DNA of 64,000 nucleotides, from positions 32,001 to 96,000 of the IMG/VR virus record IMGVR_UViG_3300015607_003363; one strand, given 5' to 3'. The notes beneath the pieces were generated by a model, which made no database searches, was not told the origin of the DNA, and saw only the letters and a list, made by a program, of their open reading frames with translations. Positions 56,702 through 64,000 of this stretch are shown piece after piece. Made by a program: the position numbers and the translations under genes. Each line of letters opens with the position of its first letter. Positions within the stretch are counted from its first letter, which is position 1. The stretch comes from a virus (taxonomy: Duplodnaviria; Caudoviricetes).

Positions 56702-59545
56702 ATGTCTTCAATTTTCCTGTCGCCGGGTGTTTACCTTTTTGAGCAAGACCTTAGCCCACTGCCATCAGTGGCCGGTGCATTGCGCATCGCATTTGTCGGC
56801 ACTGCTCAAAAAGGTCCGTTCAATACTCCGGTTTTACTCACTTCAGCTAAACAAGCAATCGACACTTTTGGCGAACCGATTCCTGAAGCATATATGATGT
56901 ATGCCATTTTGGAATATTTCCAAGAAGGCAATCAATGTTATGCAGTCCGTGTTGGCGTTGAATGCGAAGACGGCCAAGATGCGGAACTGGATGCGATTTG
57001 TGTTGACCAGTCCGGTGCAAAGGTCGAAGGCTGGGGAAGAATTCCAGTCTTCACTGGTATCGATAAAGGTCGAATCGCATTACGCAACATCACTGCTGAA
57101 AACCCGATCACCTTTCAGGCGGCAGCGCTCTCTACACCAGAATACTCTGATGCTGATTTGAGTTCCACTGACGGGGCGACGAATGCAGCTGCCGTTCTAA
57201 CAGGTACTTATACTGGCTCTATCTTTGAGAGCTATACCCTCATCATCACTGGCGAACCGAATCTGTCCAGTGCTGAAGCCATGGCCGGTGCGACTTACGA
57301 GATAGTTAGGTCGAGTGATGGTGAAATAGTCACATCCGGTATCTTAGCCGACCCTCTTCATACTGATGTCAGTCAGGTTATTGCGGTTGAGGAAGGCGTT
57401 AGCATTCAGATTACTGTCAATTCTGGCCGACTTGATATTAATGACACGTTCACTTGGAACGCAACCCCGGACAACCGCACATTCCAATTCTCTGTAGAAG
57501 GTGTTGCTGGAGCGTCCTATCAGATGCCATCGGCAACCTATACTACAAATGCAACATTCGTGGCAGCTATCAATGCCCTAGTGGCTTCTGAAGACTATGC
57601 AGCCATTGAATACACTGTGGATGGTGACACCATTCCACAGATTACGACCAATTTAGTTGGTCGATGGATTCAGCTACTCGGTTCTGAAGCATTTGCCACC
57701 TCAGTGGGCGTTGATCAGTACAAGTTTGATATTCCCAGAAGCTATCTGATTGGTACTGATGAAGAGCCATTCAACATCAATTCTGGCAACAACAAGCTAG
57801 TCATGAAGGTAGTGGGTTCCACTGAAACCTTGTCCGTCTCATTCTCTGTGGCGACAGGAACAAACTTCACTGCTAGTCAAGTCGCTGCCCTCTTTGACCC
57901 ATCTGGTGTGATCAGCGGTAACAACGTTTACGATGTTATAACTATCACCGGAACAGATGGCAATGAGCATGTGGTCTTCATCGTCACCACCGATTACATG
58001 CTGTACACTCTCAAGATGATGGCTGATTTCACCAATCTTAAGACTATGAAATTGGCCCAGACTCTTGGAATCAACGCACCATACCAACTGAGCTATCGCG
58101 GATTCTTTGATTCGAGAGTCAGCTTGCCAGCTGGTAGCATTGCCGATCCTGCTATCCCAGAATCTTGCAGCGATGATCCGCTGAGTGCTGCCTGTAATGC
58201 CGATTCTGACTACTACAACAGTATTGTGGGCTGGTTGGTTGCTCCATCGGCTGGTACTTGGGTTGATCAGTATACAGTATCGCTTGATCTCTACACTGGT
58301 GGTCTGGGCAGTCCATCTGGGCGTTACCAGATTACCATCAGGGATCAGTCTGGTGTTACGATCAGTTCCATTAGGGATGTGACCTTTGACAAGACCAGCG
58401 ACCGATATATCGGCAATGTGCTCAATCCGGGTCAGGCTTTGGCTGGTGCTGCTGGCAATCCATTTGTCAATTGGGAACCACGTCCTGATTACCTTGAGTT
58501 CGATGTGAATGCTGCTGATTACGAAGTCAGACAGCCTTCGACATTCAATGGACGTGTCTTTGCTGGTACTGCTAATGGCATCCCAACCGATTCGGCATAC
58601 TCAAGCTTGCTTGATGCCGCTGTCATTGGGAATTCCGCCAATGGAACCGGCATTTTCGCTTTCCAGAATAGCGAAACATACGACATCAATTTGTTGGCCA
58701 CTCCCGGTTTCAGTTCTGGATCGGTGATTGGTCAGGCCTTGCAGCTGTGCGAGACACGTGGAGATACCATTTATCTGGTCGATCCACCATTTGGTCTTCG
58801 ACCTTCCGAAGTGGTCGATTGGCACAATGGCATTCTTACTAGCTCGCTGTCCTCGGCCATCAATTCGTCATACGGTGCTCTGTATGGTACTTGGGTCAAG
58901 GTCTTCGATCAGTTCAACCGCATCGAGATCTGGATTCCACCATCAGGCCCGGTGTCTTCGGTCTTTGCCAGAACCGCTCGTACCACGGAACTATGGTTTG
59001 CTCCAGCCGGTCTGAACCGTGGTCGCCTGCTCACGGCATTGGATGTCGAATTCAATCCGACCGCTGGCGAACGAGACTTGATGTACGGGAATGAGAATGC
59101 AGTTAATGCTATTGTCAAGTTCCCTAACATCGGCACTGTGGTCTACGGCAATAAGACTCTTCAGCGAGCAGATACGCTGCTGAATCGAATCAGCACGAGA
59201 ATGCTGGTATCTTACTTGAAGAAGAATTCCACTCAGTCGCTTCGGCAGTTCCTGTTTGAGCCGATTGATGAGGTGTTGTTCGCTCAGGTGATTTCTGTGC
59301 TTGATCCTCTGGTAGGCAATGTTCTGGCCAAGCGTGGTGTTCGTGGATATAAGATTATCTGCGATAATACCAATAATACGCCGGATTCCATTGCACAGAA
59401 TATTCTGAATGTGGCAATTCTGGTTGCCCCATCCAGCCCAGCGGAATTCATCGCAGTCACAGTCGGTATCGTCAGAAGTGATGCAAGCTTCAGCATCGCA
59501 GAAGCTCTGATCGCCGGAAACTTTATCACTGGCCTAGCAGCCTAG
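56702..59545 (+). CDS. contractile tail sheath protein (gp18-like)
   Basis: FLSPGVY..E.D, FVG.AQKGP, SSYGALY..W, IPPSG, WFAPAGLNRG, YGNKTL, RISTR, FLFEP, AEFI. Confidence 0.95.
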   Translation: MSSIFLSPGVYLFEQDLSPLPSVAGALRIAFVGTAQKGPFNTPVLLTSAKQAIDTFGEPIPEAYMMYAILEYFQEGNQCYAVRVGVECEDGQDAELDAICVDQSGAKVEGWGRIPVFTGIDKGRIALRNITAENPITFQAAALSTPEYSDADLSSTDGATNAAAVLTGTYTGSIFESYTLIITGEPNLSSAEAMAGATYEIVRSSDGEIVTSGILADPLHTDVSQVIAVEEGVSIQITVNSGRLDINDTFTWNATPDNRTFQFSVEGVAGASYQMPSATYTTNATFVAAINALVASEDYAAIEYTVDGDTIPQITTNLVGRWIQLLGSEAFATSVGVDQYKFDIPRSYLIGTDEEPFNINSGNNKLVMKVVGSTETLSVSFSVATGTNFTASQVAALFDPSGVISGNNVYDVITITGTDGNEHVVFIVTTDYMLYTLKMMADFTNLKTMKLAQTLGINAPYQLSYRGFFDSRVSLPAGSIADPAIPESCSDDPLSAACNADSDYYNSIVGWLVAPSAGTWVDQYTVSLDLYTGGLGSPSGRYQITIRDQSGVTISSIRDVTFDKTSDRYIGNVLNPGQALAGAAGNPFVNWEPRPDYLEFDVNAADYEVRQPSTFNGRVFAGTANGIPTDSAYSSLLDAAVIGNSANGTGIFAFQNSETYDINLLATPGFSSGSVIGQALQLCETRGDTIYLVDPPFGLRPSEVVDWHNGILTSSLSSAINSSYGALYGTWVKVFDQFNRIEIWIPPSGPVSSVFARTARTTELWFAPAGLNRGRLLTALDVEFNPTAGERDLMYGNENAVNAIVKFPNIGTVVYGNKTLQRADTLLNRISTRMLVSYLKKNSTQSLRQFLFEPIDEVLFAQVISVLDPLVGNVLAKRGVRGYKIICDNTNNTPDSIAQNILNVAILVAPSSPAEFIAVTVGIVRSDASFSIAEALIAGNFITGLAA

Positions 59546-59577
59546 TCAGAAAGGTATTTCCTGACCCAGAAGAGGAC

Positions 59578-62500
59578 TTAATCGTCCTCTTCTGGCGTTT
59601 CTGGGGCTGGTGGGATAGTAATATCCAAGTCTTGGACTTTCTTTAACAATTTAGCGCAGTCCTTTTCGAATCTGCTGCATGAAGCAAACCGTGAATCTCC
59701 ATCTACCATTTTTAGAATCTTGTCGAGCCTGATGCAGTGTTTGCATTCCGAGTTGCGATGCATTTCTTCTGTGGGATTGTTGTTCTTTATTCTGAATAGT
59801 TTGATCATCTTTTTGATGAAATGGTTTAATTTCATTCCGACAATGTCGATATTTCTAAGTGATGCCATGTTTAGGAAGTTTCGAAGAGTAGTGAATTCAT
59901 CATCTCTTCTGTTCATGGAGTGTACGGGTCGATTTTTGATCCATTCATTCCACAGGTCTTCGTTCCAGATGCCGCCGTATTCAGTGTCGAATCTGGTTCT
60001 TCTAGCGATCATGGCCTGCTCTTTGGCTATATGGATTATATGGTCGATGATATAGCTATATCTGTTGGTAATTGCTTTTTGGGCAGCAACTAATTCTGCC
60101 TGATTCTTTTTGTAGATCTTCATCATTTTATCGAATATTTTGGTGTCATATTTGATCGCACAGACTCCCTCGTTCCGTCTGGAGACGTATGTGCTTGGAT
60201 ATTTGCTTAGTGTGCAGGTGATGCCGTTATTATTTCGGCCTATGTTGTGTGCGTCTGCTTTTTTGATTTGTGGTTCGGACAGTGATTGGCAGAGCGGATT
60301 TTTGTTTCTATCGAATTTGATTTTGCCGCTTATCTCGACATACCAAGCAGAGGCATGCATACCATCTTCATAGACAACGATAGAGTCAGGGTATTTACTT
60401 CGCTCTCTTAATTGTCGATCTATTTCGTCGATGTGGTCTTGAGTGACAAGTTTATAATAGTTGGCGTTTCGCGGCCAGTCAGCCCATTTTGGGCTTTCAT
60501 AAGAAATGAGCCATCTGATATGGCGATTGTCTACCACGGTTTCTTTTTTGTCTTTGGCCAGAGAGGCGATACCGGCATCGACTGTCCATTCCTTTTCGTC
60601 TACTAGGACAGAACTCCATGGGTGACAGATTTCATAGGTCACGTAAATGTCGTGCTGGCCTTTTTTAGCAATAAGCAGGGCTTCCTTCTTCAATTCCTTC
60701 TTGATTGTTTCAATTGCATCATGATTTATAGAAGTGTCTTGGCGTTTTAGTAATTGTTTGTATTCGCTTATGATCATTCTATAGGCCTTAGAATCATCTG
60801 ATAACAGGGCACGATGGGTCTTATTTTTCAGTTTCCACCATTTGATCAATTGGTCGATTTCTTTTTCGACTTTTTCTGGATTGACTTTGTATTTCTTGGC
60901 GATTTCTGCTACCAGTAGTGTTCTGAATGGCTTTTCGTCCTGCTGCTCTTCTAGGCGTATCTTGAGCACCTTCTGCATGACTGGTATCATCTGGTTATAC
61001 CTGTTATTATTTCTTTCCTTTCGGCTTCTCAGGTAATACTGAATATCTGCAATTTCGCAGTTATCAACATCAATGATGAACCAGTCAGAGCGTTCTACTG
61101 TACAGCGAGCTTTTGCTTTTGGTCTGCGTTTTTCATATTTATAGCCTTCTCTTCGTCTCTGGCTTCCCCATGAAGCTTCGTAATAGTTTTCTTCTATTCT
61201 GTCATAAGTAAAGAAAAATTTCGGTTCTTTGGCGTAGTCTGTTTTGGTGAGCAGATAGATATTATCATTGGATGGAGCTTCTGCACTTGGTGGATATATC
61301 TGGTTGTCTTCGCGATTTCTACTATATCGGCTGACTCCATTGAAATAACCACAGATACGATGGCCGACATCTAATGCTGAGTTGACCTTGGCCAGCCAAG
61401 TGTTATAAGGAAGCTTATCTTCTTCAAGTAGCTTGTTGGCATTAGCGTCATCAATTAATGTTATATGTTCGTCGAAGTCGACATAGCTGCAGATGTTGAT
61501 GTGGTCGCCCTTGAATGGACGGAATACTTCTGTGCGATCAAAGAGTCCCTGCAAGACGAGCAGAATACGCATATAGTGTTTAGTATTACCATTGGCTTTT
61601 TCCATAGCATCGGCGAATTCTTTTGATTTTGGGTCTAATGGTTCGGAAGTCCAGCGATTCCTTTCTTTGTCATAGATTCGTTTACTGAGGTTTTTTTCGA
61701 AATCGTCTGGAGTAGGAAACATTTTGCCGCCAAAATGAATGTCGGCATAGATGCGATAAAGAGCGTCACCATTCTTGATTAATAGGAAACTGGTTCTGAG
61801 ATTCTTTTCATTCTTTTGGGCGGCTGTATATGAATCTGAATCTTTATATTCTTTAAATGATTTGCGAATGCACAGGCCCACTATGCCTTTCTGTTCAGGA
61901 ATGAGTTTTTGGACAGCCGCTGGATTGTCTAGTAGCCATTTGTCAAATTTGTGCAGGTTTTCACAATCTATACTGTCTGGCATGGAATAGAACTCTTCTG
62001 CTGCTTCTTCATCCATCGCCAGAACTCTTTGACGTAGATGAAGCTTTACATCAGCTGGTGCATGAACGCCATCACGAATGACAGTAGTCTGCTGGTTGAC
62101 ACCAAGATAGAGGTTGACTGTCCATAGAGCTTCCTCTGCTTTGGCGAGCATAGTACCCGTGTCTTTCATTTTCTGTTCAATTTCTTCACTCATGTTTTTG
62201 GCTTTGAGAGCCAGTTCTCTAGCCAGTTCTTTTGCCTTGAGTGAGTATAATTTTTTAATGTTCTCAACGTATCGTTTTGCCTGTATGCTATAGGATAAGG
62301 CATTGGCCGTCATTTTGGCGGCTTCGAGCTTAAAGTCTTTGGCTGCATTGACGATATCTGTTGAGCTTGCTTGTTTGGTTTCTGCTGAGGCAGAAGCGAG
62401 AAGGTTCTGGATTGAGGCTTGTTTTAAGCTGATTTCAGGGTCTTTGGGTGCATTGGTTTGCACATGATTGATGGCTTCATCTACGGTGTCAAAGTCAGCG

Positions 62501-62697
62501 ATAGTTTCAATGGGATGGTCGAATTTGCCATCTTTGTAATAGTAGTTTTCGTAATCAACGTTCAACATGCCCCAGCGCGAGTCTTCTATGCCGAGTTCAT
62601 CATCGTAGCTTTCAAGGACTAAATAAACAATATCGCCTGCGACGTATGATGACGATGAGCGTTTGAAACCAGTTACGACTCTGCACTTTCTGATCAT
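59578..62697 (-). CDS. large hypothetical protein (1039 aa) with N-terminal coiled coil
   Basis: Long ORF; no motif recognised. Confidence 0.7.
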   Translation of the reverse strand: MIRKCRVVTGFKRSSSSYVAGDIVYLVLESYDDELGIEDSRWGMLNVDYENYYYKDGKFDHPIETIADFDTVDEAINHVQTNAPKDPEISLKQASIQNLLASASAETKQASSTDIVNAAKDFKLEAAKMTANALSYSIQAKRYVENIKKLYSLKAKELARELALKAKNMSEEIEQKMKDTGTMLAKAEEALWTVNLYLGVNQQTTVIRDGVHAPADVKLHLRQRVLAMDEEAAEEFYSMPDSIDCENLHKFDKWLLDNPAAVQKLIPEQKGIVGLCIRKSFKEYKDSDSYTAAQKNEKNLRTSFLLIKNGDALYRIYADIHFGGKMFPTPDDFEKNLSKRIYDKERNRWTSEPLDPKSKEFADAMEKANGNTKHYMRILLVLQGLFDRTEVFRPFKGDHINICSYVDFDEHITLIDDANANKLLEEDKLPYNTWLAKVNSALDVGHRICGYFNGVSRYSRNREDNQIYPPSAEAPSNDNIYLLTKTDYAKEPKFFFTYDRIEENYYEASWGSQRRREGYKYEKRRPKAKARCTVERSDWFIIDVDNCEIADIQYYLRSRKERNNNRYNQMIPVMQKVLKIRLEEQQDEKPFRTLLVAEIAKKYKVNPEKVEKEIDQLIKWWKLKNKTHRALLSDDSKAYRMIISEYKQLLKRQDTSINHDAIETIKKELKKEALLIAKKGQHDIYVTYEICHPWSSVLVDEKEWTVDAGIASLAKDKKETVVDNRHIRWLISYESPKWADWPRNANYYKLVTQDHIDEIDRQLRERSKYPDSIVVYEDGMHASAWYVEISGKIKFDRNKNPLCQSLSEPQIKKADAHNIGRNNNGITCTLSKYPSTYVSRRNEGVCAIKYDTKIFDKMMKIYKKNQAELVAAQKAITNRYSYIIDHIIHIAKEQAMIARRTRFDTEYGGIWNEDLWNEWIKNRPVHSMNRRDDEFTTLRNFLNMASLRNIDIVGMKLNHFIKKMIKLFRIKNNNPTEEMHRNSECKHCIRLDKILKMVDGDSRFASCSRFEKDCAKLLKKVQDLDITIPPAPETPEEDD

Positions 62698-62870
62698 TGC
62701 CTATTCCAGTGGTTCGATGTGTATGAACGTACTACCGTAGACAATACTATTAATTGCAATCTAGCGAGTTGGTCCGGTGACTTTATTTTGGTTAATATAA
62801 TATATAGTATTACGAAGATCCTGAACGGCCCATCAGGATGGATCGATTCTTTGTTCAAGAGGAACGTACA

Positions 62871-64000
62871 ATGCTTGCTTTGTTGTTGCTCCTATGTATG
62901 CCAGACGATGTTAGCCCAGCCGATCTCATAAAACCAGAGCCAGTCAGAGTGATCGATGGCGAAACGCCAGATAAATTAGTTCGTACTTTGAAATATAGAC
63001 GACCTGCTGCACCAGCAGGATATGTCGATCCCAATATTAGATATATGAGTGTCGAGGAAGAGGATAAATGGTTGGCCGTCTTACCAGTCCTGACTACTGA
63101 TTTAGAACTGAGAGAGATTTTGAATCGGCCTATGATTCCTTATAATCACACTGTTCTTCCAAGAGTATCCCAACAGACTCTTGGTGATGTGATGGATGGC
63201 GACTACAATATGTCTGCTGGTAAGGACGATCCTAATAACAGGGTTGCCCAAGTTGGCTCTATGACTCTTGATCGACAGTGGCGGCATACCGCTGGCACCA
63301 AAGAGGACCATATAGTCTGCCATTATATGGTCTGGCCGGACACAGGTGATATTCAAGTTTACGCCACTAGTATTCCATCGACCTATATTGAAGAATCAGT
63401 TCTAAGTGAGTATGTGCCTTATTTTGTTCGACATAAGTTTCCTGTAGGCATGCAGTTTCTGGAAGCAATCTGCAACAAGATTGATGGCGAGATCATAGCA
63501 TGCGAGATCAGAGTGTGGTCTAAAATCTCTGACGGTATCGGTCATAAGCACTGGTCTATGAATGCCTATGCTCCTTTTCCTACTCCAGAGGATTATGTCG
63601 CTGCCGTGTCGAGGTACCATCAGCCACAGCCCGGATTGCTGGCTCGACTGTCCAATCGATCAGAGTATCAGCGCAGCAAGCTAGTATTCGATTTTCCTCG
63701 ATATCCGTGGCAAGTCTTCAAATCTACTGGCCGAGTCGTTAAGCTAGATAAGTTGCCAGCCAAGACGGTGGCGACCATGATCAGAAACACCCCATTCAAA
63801 TCAATCAAAAATTCGGCTTGGTTGACTTTTGATGATGGGACACATTCTTTTGCTCCGGTGACTGATGATCCTGAGCAGATCTATCCTGCTGGATACGACA
63901 GGTCTGCTATTCCTACCACTATGGCTTCCTGTATCAGATGCCATAAGGATGATGCTTTGGGAGCATCTGCGGTTGCTCGTGGTGAATGGTATGGTTTCAG
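62871..64000 (+). CDS. putative exported protein with a CxxCH haem-c binding motif (runs off the window end)
   Basis: Not in the ORF track; open from ATG 62871 (AGAGGA RBS) to the window end; MLALLLLLC N-terminus; CIRCH at 63930-63944. Confidence 0.6.
   Translation, partial: MLALLLLLCMPDDVSPADLIKPEPVRVIDGETPDKLVRTLKYRRPAAPAGYVDPNIRYMSVEEEDKWLAVLPVLTTDLELREILNRPMIPYNHTVLPRVSQQTLGDVMDGDYNMSAGKDDPNNRVAQVGSMTLDRQWRHTAGTKEDHIVCHYMVWPDTGDIQVYATSIPSTYIEESVLSEYVPYFVRHKFPVGMQFLEAICNKIDGEIIACEIRVWSKISDGIGHKHWSMNAYAPFPTPEDYVAAVSRYHQPQPGLLARLSNRSEYQRSKLVFDFPRYPWQVFKSTGRVVKLDKLPAKTVATMIRNTPFKSIKNSAWLTFDDGTHSFAPVTDDPEQIYPAGYDRSAIPTTMASCIRCHKDDALGASAVARGEWYGF

Noticed and set aside
474-63620. Numerous short antisense or alternate-frame ORFs in the ORF track (e.g. 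23302-23817, 39850-40356, 52320-52763)
   Set aside because: They are shadows of well-supported genes on the other strand or frame and carry no motifs.
1-64000. Stop-codon reassignment (alternative genetic code)
   Set aside because: Conserved genes are full length under code 11, and TAA, TAG and TGA all end genes at the expected positions.
1-64000. CRISPR array, tRNA or rRNA genes
   Set aside because: No regularly spaced repeats or cloverleaf/rRNA signatures seen by eye; a tRNAscan run would be needed to exclude a tRNA fully.

Overview
This 64 kb window comes from a large, probably jumbo, tailed dsDNA bacteriophage with a T4-like myovirus gene set. It uses the standard genetic code, is densely coding and switches strand often. 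Replication and recombination genes: a DnaE (Pol III alpha) broken into three genes, with a natural split intein and free-standing endonuclease genes at the breakpoints, DnaB/gp41 helicase, RecA/UvsX, UvsY-like, gp32-like SSB, 5'-3' exonuclease, SbcCD/gp46-47, a DinG-like helicase, a Holliday junction resolvase and a minimal PolA-like protein. Nucleotide metabolism genes: ThyX, dUTPase and a family-4 UDG-like protein. Also present are two sigma-like factors, a dispersed nucleotide-sugar and glycosyltransferase set (gmd, fcl, KdsB-like, MAF/DUF115, GT9, GT2, CgeB-like) and neck/tail sheath genes. The standout is an adenylosuccinate synthetase homologue with PurZ-type (2-aminoadenine, Z-base) signatures. 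It lies downstream of a deoxynucleotide N-glycosidase/NDT-like gene and a degenerate DeoC-like gene, and upstream of a nuclease fused to a Mom-like GNAT domain. This is a candidate non-canonical Z-genome pathway in a DnaE-replicated myophage, with no datZ or mazZ recognised in the window. Other signals are apparent strong CCWGG depletion, a ~400 nt structured non-coding region, a hairpin that sequesters the ribosome-binding site of the tail sheath gene, and a possibly secreted CxxCH protein. All family assignments come from motif recognition by eye; no database searches were run.
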